A model generated the notes under the pieces. That model saw only the letters and a program-made list of their open reading frames with translations, was not told where the DNA came from and searched no databases. A DNA stretch of 64,000 nucleotides from Arcobacteraceae bacterium (GTDB taxonomy: Bacteria > Campylobacterota > Campylobacteria > Campylobacterales > Arcobacteraceae): NCBI GenBank assembly GCA_965224485.1, contig CBDCZH010000015.1:320001-384000 (forward strand), read 5' to 3'. The stretch's first letter is position 1, and each line of letters opens with the position of its first letter. Positions 1-11,865 of the stretch are shown piece by piece. A program made the translations under genes and the position numbers.

Positions 1-614
1 GTCTCAATTCCTAATGTTGCTTGACCCATTGAAGGAATCATATCATCAGTTGAAATAGGAGTGAAATATTTAACTTCATTTTCTATTTTAAGTTTTTTAA
101 CCCCAGTTGCTGCTAAAATAATAGCATCATACTCACCAGCATTAAGTTTTGCAATTCTAGTATTAATATTACCTCGTAAATCTTTTAAGTTAATATCTGG
201 ACGTAATAATTTAATAGCCATACGTCTTCTTAAAGACGTAGTTCCAACAACAGCACCTTTTGGTAGGTCAGCTATACTTTCGTATTTATTTGATAGTAGA
301 GCATCTCTTGGGTCATATCTTTTTGAAACAGCTGTAAGTTGTAAACCATCTTCAAACTTAGTTGGAACATCTTTTAAAGAATGAACGGCTAAATGAGCCT
401 CACCATTTAGCATAGCTATTTCAAGCTCTTTAGTAAAAAGACCTTTTCCACCAATTTTTGCCAAAGGAACATCTAAAATCTTATCACCTTTTGTAACAAA
501 CTCTTTTAATACAATTTCCATACTAGGATAGAATTCTTGTAGTTGCGCTTTTATAAATTCACTTTGCCATAAAGCTAATTGGCTTCTTCTTGTAGCTATT
601 ACTAATTTTTGCAT
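1..614 (-). CDS. hemC: Porphobilinogen deaminase (runs off window start)
   Basis: Not in ORF track. Minus-strand translation from ATG at 614: MQKLVIATRRSQLALWQSE...TKGDKILDVPLAKIGGKGLFTKELE...AVHSLKDVP, the HemC signature. Confidence 0.97.
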   Translation of the reverse strand, partial: MQKLVIATRRSQLALWQSEFIKAQLQEFYPSMEIVLKEFVTKGDKILDVPLAKIGGKGLFTKELEIAMLNGEAHLAVHSLKDVPTKFEDGLQLTAVSKRYDPRDALLSNKYESIADLPKGAVVGTTSLRRRMAIKLLRPDINLKDLRGNINTRIAKLNAGEYDAIILAATGVKKLKIENEVKYFTPISTDDMIPSMGQATLGIE

Positions 615-1451
615 TTATTTTCCTAATGTCTCATATTTTAATTTTGTATTATCTCTTTTTTTATTTATAAATACAGTTGGTGTTCCTTGTACAAGTACAT
701 CTTGAGCCATTTGTAAATCATATGAAATAACATCTTTTATTTTTTTATCATTTATTTGCTTAAGAGTAATATTTGTTTTAAATTCTTTATTAAAAGCATC
801 TAGTATTATTTTAGGACTTCTTTGTTTTGCTGTAAAATATTTATTCCAGCTTGTAGTATATACTTTAAGTTCAAGATTTTTAAAACCTTGCATTTTAGCA
901 ACTTGCATAATTTTCACTAATGTTTTAGCAGCGGGATGCATTCTTAGAAGTGGAAAATGATAATAATACAAAGCAATATTATCTTTGTTTTTATTTACAT
1001 GTTTGATTAAAGTTGGTATATAATCTATACAATCAGGACATAAAGGATCTGAGAAAACAACAATTTTATCTTTTGAGTTATGAGTACCAGCAATTAATTT
1101 CTTTTCATCATGGTATTTAGAACTTAAAGAAGGGACTAAAGTATCTTTTAAATTCTTTCCCGTTTTAATATCCAATAAATCAATAGCAACATAAATACCA
1201 TTTGTAAAAACAATATCTTTTGCGCTAATATCTTGAGAGTTTATTGAAGCAGTTATATCCATTATATAACCATACCAACCCTCAACAGGCATCTTCTTTT
1301 TAAAATTTATTTTAACATCTTTTATTTCTATTCTTGAATTTTGTGAAAATTTCTTTTTCTCAAAACTAATAATAGACTCATCTATTGAAGAAGCAAAAAT
1401 ACTACTTGTCAATAAGGTGCTTATCATCAATAATCTCGACATCAATAACAT
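615..1451 (-). CDS. Exported thioredoxin-fold (DsbA/DsbG-like) protein
   Basis: FSDPLCPDC (CxxC) and GTPT cis-Pro loop; signal peptide; likely start ~1451 after AGGAG rather than 1520. Confidence 0.8.
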   Translation of the reverse strand: MLLMSRLLMISTLLTSSIFASSIDESIISFEKKKFSQNSRIEIKDVKINFKKKMPVEGWYGYIMDITASINSQDISAKDIVFTNGIYVAIDLLDIKTGKNLKDTLVPSLSSKYHDEKKLIAGTHNSKDKIVVFSDPLCPDCIDYIPTLIKHVNKNKDNIALYYYHFPLLRMHPAAKTLVKIMQVAKMQGFKNLELKVYTTSWNKYFTAKQRSPKIILDAFNKEFKTNITLKQINDKKIKDVISYDLQMAQDVLVQGTPTVFINKKRDNTKLKYETLGK

Positions 1452-1881
1452 CATCATCTCCTTTTTTTTCTTTAAAATTACGTGCATTTGTAAAATTTTC
1501 ATTATTAGCAAAGTTTTCAAAGTTTACATTATTTGTAAAACTTGATTTATTCTTTTTCAGAACTCTTCTTGCTAAGATTTGAGCAAAAAAGGAGAACTGT
1601 AAAAGTAAACCAAGGAAATCAGTAAAAAAACCAGGAAGAATCAATAACATCGCACCTAAAGCAACAAAAATATTTTGCTTCATAAAGTCTTCTTGTGAAA
1701 TTTGTTTATTTGCAACAGACATCAAATTTTCTCTTATGGCATATTTATAGTTTTTTAATAAATATATCCCTAGCATACATGAAAAAATAATTTCCAAAAA
1801 TACAAAAAGACCACCAATTTGTCCAGCAATTGCTGATGAAACCATTACTTCTAAAAAAATATATAAAATAAAATATATCAA
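1402..1881 (-). CDS. fxsA: FxsA family membrane protein
   Basis: LLILPGFFTDFLG motif and acidic DVIDVEII tail. Confidence 0.85.
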   Translation of the reverse strand: MIYFILYIFLEVMVSSAIAGQIGGLFVFLEIIFSCMLGIYLLKNYKYAIRENLMSVANKQISQEDFMKQNIFVALGAMLLILPGFFTDFLGLLLQFSFFAQILARRVLKKNKSSFTNNVNFENFANNENFTNARNFKEKKGDDDVIDVEIIDDKHLIDK

Positions 1882-1955
1882 GTTTAACCTTTTTAAAATT
1901 TAAATATTATAGTAAAAAAGAGTTTAACATCTAAGTATTAACAAAGAATTAATAC

Positions 1956-3963
1956 TTAAATTTTGTTCTTTACAGTAATCTTTTTAATATCAAAAAGTTC
2001 TTTTGCTTTATCTAACATAGCTGAGTTTAAAATATCTTCAATCTGCAACTCTCTTTGAGCCATAGTAGGATTTACTACTTTATTCATATCAGCAACACAA
2101 CCAGAACCTAGTTCAATATCTTCTATCATAGAAGAACTATTATCTTCTACTTCATTTATAGCTATATTTTGTTTTTTTACTTCTTTAGCGGGGTTCTTCC
2201 TTTAGGAAGTCTATTTCAATATTTTTTCCATAAATGTCATAAATGAAAGTTTTAATAATACCAAAATGTTTAAATAAAAGTTTTCTCTGATCTCCTTGGG
2301 CAAAAGAAGAAATATTTAAAGTATTATTATTGAAATTTTTATAAATAAAGTTATCTTCAAAAACTTCACCTAGTTCTACATCTCTATCATATACCCTATT
2401 AATTACTAACTCAAATTTTACCTTGCCTTCATCTTTTACTTCTACTTTTTTCTCTTCTTGAACAATAGGTTTTTCAAGAGTTTGTACAGTTGACAAAGTA
2501 GGAGAACTAGGAGAATTAAGAGAATTAACATTTCCTTGTACAAAATCTTCATTTGCAACTAAAGGCACAGGCTCTTGCACTTTTGGCACTTGCTCTGTAT
2601 GATTTACTTGGATTTCTTCTACTGCTTGTATTTCTTGTCCTAGTATCTCATCTTTTTGCTCTTTTATAAGAACTTCATTTTCTTGTACTTGATTGTTTGC
2701 TAAATCTAAAGTTTCATTTGAACTTGGATTTTCTTGAATTATTGTATTACTAGAATTATCTATATTATCTTTCTTTTCATGATACAGTTCTTGAACGGAC
2801 TCATTTACAACTTCTTTAGATGCTTCATGTGAATGTTCAATTATCTTTTCTTCATTTAAAGAAGCACTAATGTTATTAACATGTTCTAAGTCTTTTTTTA
2901 CTTCTACTTGTTTAACATCATTTATAATATCATTTATACTTCGTAAATTATTAGCTTCAATCATTTTTAAAAGCATTAAAATTAAAACAAAAGAAGAATC
3001 AGAATTTAAGGCTAAGAGATGTTTAGAATCTGCAATTATTCTAAAATATCTATCAAAAATCAATAAATCAAACTTAGGATCTCTTTGGAACATTTTATTT
3101 TTTAGATATATACTCATTTCATCACAAACAGAGCTTATTTCATAGTTTTCTAAACTTTGTGCTATTGCAGTTACATCTGAGTTAGATAATACTAAATCAA
3201 AAATTTCATCCATAAACTTAGGATCAATTAAACCTAACATCTCAACTACACTAGAAGTACTAACCATACCTTTTGAGAAAATTATAGCTTGGTCAAGTAA
3301 AGTTAGAGTATCTCTTAAACTTCCTTGTCCACTTCGTGATAATATTGCTAATGCTTCTTCTTCAAAATCAATACCTTCTTCATTTAAGATATGAGATAAA
3401 TGATGAATAACATCTTTATTTGATATTTTTTTAAATCTAAAGTGTTGAGTTCTGCTTAAAATAGTTGCAGGTAGTTTTAAAGCATCAGTTGTTGCAAGTA
3501 TAAACTTTACAAAACCAGGAGGTTCTTCAAGAGTTTTAAGTAAGGCATTAAAAGCTTGGGTAGTAAGCATATGAACTTCATCAATTATAAAAACTTTAAA
3601 CCTAGCAGAACTTGGTTTATATTTAGTATGTTCTATTAAATCTTTAATATCATCAATACCTCGATTTGAAGCAGCATCCATTTCGATAATATCTAAGTGT
3701 CTATTTGCATTTGCACTTAAACAATTATCACAAGTTTCACAAGGTTTTGACGTAGGTCCAGTTGTACATAATAAAGCTTTTGCCATAATTCTAGCAGTTG
3801 ATGTTTTTCCAGACCCTCTAAGTCCACTAAACAAATAAGCATGAGATAATCTATTTGTATCTAAAGCAAGACTAAGTGTTTGTGAAATCGTATCTTGCCC
3901 TACTAAATCTTCAAATCTTTTTGGTCTATATTTTAGTGCTAGTACTTTTTTTTCTTCAGTCAT
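1956..3963 (-). CDS. dnaX: DNA polymerase III subunit gamma/tau; main ORF 2185-3963 plus a 77-codon +1-frame extension to 1956
   Basis: LALKYRPKRF, Walker A GLRGSGKT, DEVHML, TILSRTQ. The +1 frame after GAA CCC C reads AKEVKK...MIEDIELGSGCVADM...KAKELFDIKKITVKNKI* and is followed by a hairpin at 1932-1958. Confidence 0.93.
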
Positions 3964-4717
3964 CTAATAAACTCCCTAACCATGATTTAGCTACTTTTTT
4001 TAAATTTTCTGGATTTTCTGTTGCAAAAAATGAAACTTTTTGCTTTTTAAAATTTTTATTATACTTATGTTCTTTTTTTATAAACTCTACTATTGCATCA
4101 CCTGAATGAATAGTTTTACAATTATTAAAATATTTTGATATCTCGTTTTGTATTAGAGGAAAGTGAGTACAGCCTAAAATAACCGCATCAATTTGTTTGC
4201 TTTGTTTTAAGTCTTTAAAATAATAATCCAAACATGCGTTTAAAACTTCACCTTTTAAAATACCTTCTTCAACTAAAGAAACTAGAAGACCAGTTTGTAA
4301 AGAAGTGATATTTTCATAACCTATTTGTTTTAATTTTGTTTCATATCTTTTTGTTGCAATTGTACCTTTTGTAGCAATTACTAATATATTGTCTTTTTTA
4401 TTTTTTACTTGTTCTTGCACAGCTAAAACACCAGGTTGGATAACCCCAATAACAGGGATATTTGCAACCTCTCGTAATTCATTTATTGCAAAAGCACAAG
4501 CAGTATTACAAGCAACTATTATCATATCAACATCAAAATTTTTAAAAAATTCTAAGGCTTCAAGGGAGTATCTTATGATAGTATTTTTATCTTTTGCTCC
4601 ATAAGGTACTCTAGCTGTATCCCCATAATAAATTATTTCTTCAAATAGTTTATGTTCAAGTAAAGATTTAACTACACTTAATCCACCAATACCTGAATCA
4701 AATACTGCAACTTTCAA
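3956..4717 (-). CDS. murI: Glutamate racemase
   Basis: FDSGIGGLSV, VACNTA and LGCTHFP motifs. Confidence 0.97.
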   Translation of the reverse strand: MKVAVFDSGIGGLSVVKSLLEHKLFEEIIYYGDTARVPYGAKDKNTIIRYSLEALEFFKNFDVDMIIVACNTACAFAINELREVANIPVIGVIQPGVLAVQEQVKNKKDNILVIATKGTIATKRYETKLKQIGYENITSLQTGLLVSLVEEGILKGEVLNACLDYYFKDLKQSKQIDAVILGCTHFPLIQNEISKYFNNCKTIHSGDAIVEFIKKEHKYNKNFKKQKVSFFATENPENLKKVAKSWLGSLLDD

Positions 4718-4779
4718 ATATATTCCTTAATAAAATTTAAGAAAGTATATCTAAAAGTGCATAACTAAAATGTTAAAGC

Positions 4780-7299
4780 TTAAAAACTTTCCCAGTCATC
4801 TGAGTCATTATTAGCAACAAAATCTTTTTTGCTAGTTTCAGTTTTTACAGGCTCTTTTATTTTTCTTATATTTGTTTCTTGTTTAACTTGTATAGAGGCG
4901 TTTACTCTTGTACTTTTCTCTTCTACTTTAGGTGAATGATTTCTTTGTTTTACTAAATCTTTTCCATCAAACTCTTTTTCATTTGCACTTGAAACAATAA
5001 GTTTTGCTACATTATCTGTTTGCTCAGCTATTGTTTGTGTATTATTAGCAATCACAACATTTTCTTGAGTTTTTTGATCAAGATTATTAACAGCATCATT
5101 AATCTGATTAATACCTTCTAACTGCTCTTTTGAAGCGCCTTCAATATCTTTTATTAAAGAAATTGTTTTATTGATATTATTATTTAAAGAGGTATAACCA
5201 TGAATCATATCTTGAGATATTGTTTTACCTTCATTGGCTTTTACCTTTGCATTCTCTACTAAATCTTTTATCTCTTTAGCAGCTTCTGCTGATCTACTTG
5301 CAAGATTTCTTACTTCTTGGGCAACTACTGCGAAACCTTTTCCAGCTTCACCTGCTGTTGCTGCTTCTACTGCTGCATTTAAAGATAGAATATTTGTTTG
5401 GAAAGCAATTTGATCAATTACTGTAATTGCTTCGTTAATTGATCCAACTTGATCATTAATTTCATCCATTGCATTAGTTGTTTTATTCGCTAAGTCTTCA
5501 CCTTCTTTAGCAGAATCCATTAATAAATTAGCATAAGAAGACATTTCTTCTATGTGGTGAGTATTTCCAGTAATTGCACTAGTTATTTCTTCTAAGGCTG
5601 CTGCTGTTTCTTCTAGGGAAGCTGCTGTTTGATTTGAGTTATTGTTTAAAGTATTTACATCTTCTAGCAGAAGTTTTGAACTTGATTCCAAACTTAAACC
5701 ATTTGATTTATTCTCAACTAACATTGTTGTAATAGAAGTTCCTAAAGAGTTAACACCTAGTGCTAGTTTTTTTAAATGCTCTTTTAAATCTTTTGTATTA
5801 ATTTTATTTAAATAATTATAATTTGAGTACTGTTCTAAAACATTTAATACTTCATCAATATTATGTTCAATATTAGAGCCCATTTTATTTAAAACATTTT
5901 TTAACTGCATTAAAGCCGGGTTAGTTACACTTAAATCAACTCTTTGACATAAATCACCTTGCTCAAATTCAGATAAAACTAATATTGTTTCATCTATTAA
6001 TTTTCTATCTTCTTCAATACCAGCTTTAGTTTTAATAATATTTTCATTAACAACCTTAGCCATCTGACCAATTTCATCATTATTTCTAACTTCTAAAGAA
6101 TGTACTTTATTTGTTTCTCTATTTAAATATTTAAAAAAGTTCAATAAACCTTCTTCAAATTCTACTAAAGGTTCAATAATTATTCTTGAACTAATAAAAC
6201 CAATTAATAACATTAATACTATTAAAGATGCAAAAGCACTTATACATATATATATTATAAAATCATTAATATCAGCATTAGTTTTATTTTTCATAATTGT
6301 TATATTTTCTTCTATTTCATCTACATAAGCAGAAGTTCCTATAATCCAATTCCATTGTTTAAAAGATTGTACATAAGATAATTTATGCTCAGGAGTACTT
6401 GAACCTTCTCGTAACCAATTATATTTTAGTAAACCTTCATTTTTGTTATTTGCAATATTTAGCATTTTTCTAAAAAGATAATCACCATTAGCATCTTTAA
6501 AATCAACTAAAGACTTCCCATTTAAAGAAGGTTTCTTTGGATGCATTAACATTTCATTCTTAGTATTCATAATCCAAAAATAACTATCTTTTCCATATTC
6601 CATACTTGAAATTAAACTAAGTGCTTCTTTTTGCATACTTTGTTTAATATTATCAATATAAGCCCCTGTTCCTATAATCCAGTTATATGGTTCAAATACT
6701 TTTACTATAGAAGCTTTATATACAGTTTTTTTACTAGAAGGACTATAAAATGAGTACTCTATATATGCTTCTTTTTTATTCTCTAAAGCTTTAACTGCTA
6801 AAGGAACAAAAGTAACTTCTTTTGAGTTTTTATAATTCTTTTGATTCATCTCTTTTTTTATAGGATGCATAATCATATTATAGGAAAAATCGTTAATCCA
6901 AAAATAACCAGCTTTGCCATATCTAGAAGCTGCTATTATTTTTTTGATTCTTAATTTTAACTCTTCTTGCGGAATAAGATATTTATAAGTATTATATTCA
7001 TTTGTTATTATTGAAAATAAAAAATCTTCTTGCTCTTTTATATAACCTTGAACTTCATTTTTAATTTTATCTTTAGCTGTTCTTTGATAAAAAGAATCAA
7101 CAGATTTAAGAGCTAAAGAAAGATAGTTTTTAAGTTCTAATTCTTTATTCTTATAAGCTTCAATTTTATAACTTTTGATTTTTGCAGCTGATAGTTTCTC
7201 CATAGAATAAATTGATTGAAACGACAAAATACAAGATACTGTTATTATAGTAAACAGTAGTATTAACTGTAATTTAATTTTAATTGTTAAATTTTTCAC
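4780..7299 (-). CDS. Methyl-accepting chemotaxis protein with tandem Cache sensor domains
   Basis: Two YFWI...MHP Cache repeats between TM helices; [31 protein letters not shown] signalling hairpin; C-terminal DWESF pentapeptide. Confidence 0.95.
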   Translation of the reverse strand: MKNLTIKIKLQLILLFTIITVSCILSFQSIYSMEKLSAAKIKSYKIEAYKNKELELKNYLSLALKSVDSFYQRTAKDKIKNEVQGYIKEQEDFLFSIITNEYNTYKYLIPQEELKLRIKKIIAASRYGKAGYFWINDFSYNMIMHPIKKEMNQKNYKNSKEVTFVPLAVKALENKKEAYIEYSFYSPSSKKTVYKASIVKVFEPYNWIIGTGAYIDNIKQSMQKEALSLISSMEYGKDSYFWIMNTKNEMLMHPKKPSLNGKSLVDFKDANGDYLFRKMLNIANNKNEGLLKYNWLREGSSTPEHKLSYVQSFKQWNWIIGTSAYVDEIEENITIMKNKTNADINDFIIYICISAFASLIVLMLLIGFISSRIIIEPLVEFEEGLLNFFKYLNRETNKVHSLEVRNNDEIGQMAKVVNENIIKTKAGIEEDRKLIDETILVLSEFEQGDLCQRVDLSVTNPALMQLKNVLNKMGSNIEHNIDEVLNVLEQYSNYNYLNKINTKDLKEHLKKLALGVNSLGTSITTMLVENKSNGLSLESSSKLLLEDVNTLNNNSNQTAASLEETAAALEEITSAITGNTHHIEEMSSYANLLMDSAKEGEDLANKTTNAMDEINDQVGSINEAITVIDQIAFQTNILSLNAAVEAATAGEAGKGFAVVAQEVRNLASRSAEAAKEIKDLVENAKVKANEGKTISQDMIHGYTSLNNNINKTISLIKDIEGASKEQLEGINQINDAVNNLDQKTQENVVIANNTQTIAEQTDNVAKLIVSSANEKEFDGKDLVKQRNHSPKVEEKSTRVNASIQVKQETNIRKIKEPVKTETSKKDFVANNDSDDWESF

Positions 7300-7756
7300 G
7301 TACGACTAACCCTTTTTTAGAAAATTATTTATATATATACAAAAGAAAGACAAAACCAAAAAAACTTTTCTATATCCCTATTATATAAAGATGAAGAGAA
7401 TTTATGCCTAAATTTATTTATAAATAAAAAATTATTATCTATTTTTATTAATTGAATTTTAGCTAAAAAAACTAATATATTCTTTAAAGATTACGAGAAA
7501 TTTATGGATAATAATTTTCTATTATGAATATTAATAATAGTTATTATTTTTATGTTTATAATGTTTTTTTGTATTTAAAATTAAATAATTTTCATGGTAA
7601 ATAAAAAGGTATTAGAAGAGCCTAATTATCGATTCCTTCGAAAATAGAAATTATTTAGAAGAAAAATTATTTTTGCTTTTTAAAAAAAGCTGAAAGTAGT
7701 ATTTTAAGAAATATTTATAGTTTATAAATTTCAATATTTATATGTTTTCTATAATA

Positions 7757-7791
7757 AAAAATAAGTTAAGTTAGAAAACTTAACTTATTTT
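7757..7791 (-). terminator. Intrinsic terminator after metQ
   Basis: aaaaataagttaagt-tagaaa-acttaacttatttt inverted repeat. Confidence 0.7.
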
Positions 7792-7799
7792 ATCAATAA

Positions 7800-8624
7800 T
7801 TAGAATGATTCTACTATTGAACCCTTATATTTTTCTCTTATAAAAGCTTTAACTTCAGGAGAAGTAACAGCTTCATTTAATGCTTTTATATAGTCTTTAT
7901 TTTCATTACCTTTTTTAACAACAATTATATTTGCGTAAGGTGAATCTTTACTTTCAAGAACTAAAGCATCTTTTAAAGGATTAAGATTTGCACTTAAAGC
8001 ATAATTAGTATTAATAATAGCAGCTGCAACTTCATCTAAAACTCTTGGTAATTGAGGTGCATCTAACTCTTTGATTTTTAAGTTTTTTGGATTGTTAATA
8101 ATATCAATAACTGTTTTAAACTCAACATCCTTAAAGGTTAATAAACCTGCATTAACTAAAAGATCTAAAGCACGACTTTCATTAGTTGGATCATTAGGAA
8201 CTGCAATTGTATCACCATCTTTAAGTTCATTTAAATTAATAATTTTCTTAGAATAAACGCCCATAGGTTCTAAGTGAACACTAACTGTTTTTACCAAAGA
8301 TGTTTTTTTATTTTTATTAAACTGCTCTAAATATGGAAGATGTTGAAAAAAATTAGCATCAAGTTCACCTTCATCAACAGCAATATTTGGAGTTACGTAA
8401 TCAGTAAACTCAACAATTTGTAAATCATAACCTTTAGCTTTTAGTAAGGGTTTAACAATTTGTAAAATCTCAACATGAGGAACAGGAGTAGCTCCAATTC
8501 TAATAACAGTTTTTTTAACTTCTTCTTTTTTTGTACTTTGCTCATTATCTTTTTTATCTGAACAAGCATTTAATACAAATGCAAGTGCAACAACAAAAGA
8601 TACTTTTAAAATATTCTTTAACAT
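7800..8624 (-). CDS. metQ: Methionine ABC transporter substrate-binding lipoprotein
   Basis: Lipobox LNAC; GATPVPH, DANFFQH and NDPTNESRAL motifs. Confidence 0.93.
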   Translation of the reverse strand: MLKNILKVSFVVALAFVLNACSDKKDNEQSTKKEEVKKTVIRIGATPVPHVEILQIVKPLLKAKGYDLQIVEFTDYVTPNIAVDEGELDANFFQHLPYLEQFNKNKKTSLVKTVSVHLEPMGVYSKKIINLNELKDGDTIAVPNDPTNESRALDLLVNAGLLTFKDVEFKTVIDIINNPKNLKIKELDAPQLPRVLDEVAAAIINTNYALSANLNPLKDALVLESKDSPYANIIVVKKGNENKDYIKALNEAVTSPEVKAFIREKYKGSIVESF

Positions 8625-8642
8625 TTTTATCCTTTTAATTTT

Positions 8643-9281
8643 TTACTTTTTTGTAATTTTATATAAATAATCCCCAAAGCTTTGTACAAGTTGTACTAAA
8701 GCAATAAGAATTAAAACAGTATACATCATAGTATCACTTTGGAACCTATAATATCCATATTTAATAGCAACATCACCTAAACCACCACCACCAACAGCTC
8801 CAGCCATTGCAGAGAAACCAACAACTGTAATTAGAGTTAGAGTAATTGCTGAAATTATACTAGGTAAGGCTTCAACAAACATAACTTTAAAAATAATTTG
8901 CATATCACTAGCACCAAAAGATTTAGCAGCTTCAATCACACCTATTTCCACTTCTTTTAAAGCACTCTCAATAAGTCTTGCAACAAAAGGAGCAGCACCA
9001 ATAGTTAAAGGAATAATAGCAGCAGTCGTACCAATACTCTTACCAATTAAAAACTTAGTAACAGGGAAAAGTATAATCATTAAGATTATAAAAGGAAATG
9101 ATCTTAAGGTATTTATTAAAACATCTAAGGTTCTATATACTTTTAGATTTTCTCTTAAACCATCTTTTGAAGTAAGTATTAAAATAACTGCGAAAAAAAG
9201 ACCAATAAGAACTGCAAAAAAAGTAGAAACTAAAGACATATATACAGTTTCACCCAAAGCAGGCAATAAAATATTTAACAT
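8643..9281 (-). CDS. metI: Methionine ABC transporter permease
   Basis: RSFPFIIL, EAA loop, SAMAGAVGGGGLG; likely start 9281, coupled to the metN stop. Confidence 0.93.
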   Translation of the reverse strand: MLNILLPALGETVYMSLVSTFFAVLIGLFFAVILILTSKDGLRENLKVYRTLDVLINTLRSFPFIILMIILFPVTKFLIGKSIGTTAAIIPLTIGAAPFVARLIESALKEVEIGVIEAAKSFGASDMQIIFKVMFVEALPSIISAITLTLITVVGFSAMAGAVGGGGLGDVAIKYGYYRFQSDTMMYTVLILIALVQLVQSFGDYLYKITKK

Positions 9282-10237
9282 TATATTTTCTCCCAAACAA
9301 TATCAGATTTACTCATATATGAATAAACTCTTTTTTCATCAATTTTTTTAATATTTATAACCATATTTCCAACTATATGAGTATTTATCTCTTCTAGTTT
9401 TCCCCAAACAATATTAAAATCCATATCTAACTCTCTTGCCATTTTAGTGATAAAAGATTGAGAAGCATTATCTTTTGGAAAGTACAATTTAATATTAATA
9501 CCAACTTTTGGTAAAACTTCTTTTTCACCTAAAAATTCTTTCATTTTTGCATCTGGTTTTAAAAACAATTCTTCTGTCTCATCAAGACCTATAATATTTC
9601 CATGTTCTAATAAAAGTGAACGTTGGGCTATTTGTTTAACTACTTCCATTTCATGAGTTACAATTACAATAGTAATATTTAGTTTTTTATTAATTTCTTT
9701 TAAAAGATTTAAAATACTAACCGTAGTATTTGGATCAAGAGCAGAAGTAGCTTCATCTGAAAGTAAAATTTCAGGATCAAGAGTTAAAGCTCTTGCAATT
9801 GCAACTCTTTGTTTCTGCCCTCCACTTAGTTCACCTGGATAAGCAGAGCTTTTATTCTCAAGTCCGACTAAAAGAAGTAAGTCTTTAACTTTTTTTTCTA
9901 TTTCTTCTTTTGTATATCCCCAAAGTTGCATAGGTAAGGCAATATTTTGAAATACTGTTTTTCTTGAAAGAAGTGAAAAATGCTGAAAAATCATTCCAAC
10001 ATTTTTTCTAAAAACTCTAAGTTCATCTTTTTTAAGACTTAAAATCTCTTTATTGTTAACTTGTAAAGAACCACTTTTATAAGTTTCAAGTCCATTTATA
10101 CATCTTAAAAGTGTAGATTTTCCGGCACCACTGTGTCCAACAATAGCAAAAATCTCACCTTTTTTTATATTTATACTAATATTATTTAGCACTTGCGTAC
10201 TTCCATAATATTTATTTAAATTCTTTATATTTATCAT
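9281..10237 (-). CDS. metN: Methionine ABC transporter ATP-binding protein
   Basis: [28 protein letters not shown]-terminal NIL-like domain. Confidence 0.93.
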   Translation of the reverse strand: MINIKNLNKYYGSTQVLNNISINIKKGEIFAIVGHSGAGKSTLLRCINGLETYKSGSLQVNNKEILSLKKDELRVFRKNVGMIFQHFSLLSRKTVFQNIALPMQLWGYTKEEIEKKVKDLLLLVGLENKSSAYPGELSGGQKQRVAIARALTLDPEILLSDEATSALDPNTTVSILNLLKEINKKLNITIVIVTHEMEVVKQIAQRSLLLEHGNIIGLDETEELFLKPDAKMKEFLGEKEVLPKVGINIKLYFPKDNASQSFITKMARELDMDFNIVWGKLEEINTHIVGNMVINIKKIDEKRVYSYMSKSDIVWEKI

Positions 10238-10379
10238 AAAATACCTTTATTAAGGACGCAATGATATAGGATTTTTCATAAGTATTACGTTAAGTGAAAA
10301 AGATAGAAATATTAATCAGTATTAAAAAAGAAGATAAGAGAAATAATACTTTTTCTTTGGGAGTAAAGAAGTATGATAC

Positions 10380-10452
10380 TTTACAAAAATAAATCTTTTT
10401 GATATAATCTACTTATAATTGTCCTTCGGGATCGTCCCTGCTTTTGCAGGGC
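10380..10452 (+). ncRNA. Candidate small RNA 1 (promoter + cUUCGg hairpin + second hairpin)
   Basis: TTTACA(10380)-17-TATAAT(10403); gtcc-ttcg-ggat; ccctgc-tttt-gcaggg. Sibling at 20498-20572. Confidence 0.45.
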
Positions 10453-10576
10453 AAACATCATTCAATAAGTTTAATTAACTTATCTTTTATTTTTAAAAAA
10501 TCAAATTCATTAACTTTAGCAATAAATAATATTAAATATTATCTCTAAAATATTATCTTCTATGTTATAATAACAA

Positions 10577-10708
10577 ATGGAAAATTTTTACAATGAATTA
10601 ATATCTTTCTCTTTAATAGTAGCAGTAGTTTTACTTTTGGCTTTTTTTACTAAGAAAAAAGAAGATCAGTATAAAAAAATAGATGAAGAAGAAAATAAAG
10701 ATTTGTAG
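10577..10708 (+). CDS. 43-aa single-pass membrane protein, apparently leaderless
   Basis: MENFYNELISFSLIVAVVLLLAFFTKKKEDQYKKIDEEENKDL*; extended -10 TGtTATAAT at 10563-10571 ends 5 nt before the ATG. Confidence 0.6.
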   Translation: MENFYNELISFSLIVAVVLLLAFFTKKKEDQYKKIDEEENKDL

Positions 10709-10725
10709 GGTTTTAAATTAATATT

Positions 10726-11073
10726 CTACTTTAAAATATCTACGATTACTTTTTGCATATTTGGTAGTTTTTCTCTTATTACAATTTCAATAACGCTAAG
10801 ATTTAGGCCTTCATAATCATGAACAATATAATTTCTTATATCGTAACTTCCTTTTAGGTCATTCTTATTAAACAGACTTAAAATCTCAAACTCACCATCT
10901 TTTGATAATTTATCAAATTGCTCAGCAATAGAAGTTAAATGCATCATAATCGATGCTCTAGAATTTTCTTCATCTTCTAAAGCTCTTATGATTCCATCAT
11001 TATGTTCAACAATATTTTGTATAAACTCAATTTTACGAAGTATTGTATTTAATCTATTTGTTACTTTAGACAA
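10726..11073 (-). CDS. HEPN (HepT/DUF86-like) ribonuclease toxin
   Basis: RNYIVHDY R-x4-H motif; overlaps the upstream MNT gene. Confidence 0.88.
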   Translation of the reverse strand: MSKVTNRLNTILRKIEFIQNIVEHNDGIIRALEDEENSRASIMMHLTSIAEQFDKLSKDGEFEILSLFNKNDLKGSYDIRNYIVHDYEGLNLSVIEIVIREKLPNMQKVIVDILK

Positions 11074-11377
11074 ATAAAACTTCTTTAGATATTTGATTCT
11101 TTAAAGAAGAAGAACTATCTAAATCAAAAATATCACTTCTAATTTTAAATTTTTTATAAACCATAGTTTTAATTTTATTAATTTCATCAAAATATTTCCA
11201 TACATCATTTTTAATAAGAAAATCTTTTTTAATTTTAATTGCAATATCAATATCACTAGATGTAGTAGCAGTATTTTTTGCATAACTTCCAAATAAACCC
11301 AAAGATTCTATTCCATCTTTTTGTAAAGTTGGTTTTATCATAGAAAGAAAAGTTAATATATCTTTTTGAGTAGGCAT
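11066..11377 (-). CDS. Minimal nucleotidyltransferase (MntA-like) antitoxin
   Basis: FGSYAKNTATTSSDID = GS-x10-DxD motif. Confidence 0.9.
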   Translation of the reverse strand: MPTQKDILTFLSMIKPTLQKDGIESLGLFGSYAKNTATTSSDIDIAIKIKKDFLIKNDVWKYFDEINKIKTMVYKKFKIRSDIFDLDSSSSLKNQISKEVLFV

Positions 11378-11865
11378 TTAAAACCTTTTTGTTTTTTATC
11401 ATTATACATAAGTTTGGAAAAGAAATCAAATTGATTTACCAATATAAGATTATGATGCTTATTTAAATCATTTACGCATCATTTTTGATGCGATAAGTAG
11501 AATTTTACACCTCATAAATGATTCGTAAATTATATTTAGAAGAAGGAATATGCTTTCTTTTTGAAGGGTGCAATCATCAGTTTACAATTAATGTATCAGA
11601 ATTGTAATAATTCATTCTTTTTAGGTATATTTGGAAAAATATCACTTTAAATTTTTCATATAAAGTATTTTAATTAAATATAATAAAAATCGTAACACTA
11701 ATTTCTAATATACTTATCAATTATATTCTTTGTAAGTCTCTTAAATAGGTATTTGAATAGATATTGATATATTAAAGTTAAAATGCACGAGGAAGGAGGA
11801 AGTTCTTCGATAAAAGTAGCAAGGTCTTCATCCACCTAAATCTAATACCTTAGGAGTACTATTAT

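Noticed and set aside
2400..2900. Low-complexity E/Q/N/V-rich stretch in dnaX
   Set aside because: Ordinary variable linker of tau subunits; no tandem repeat or intein motif.
10240..10380. Possible SAM or T-box riboswitch upstream of metN
   Set aside because: No recognisable aptamer on the minus strand; the nearby hairpins have + strand promoter and tetraloop polarity.
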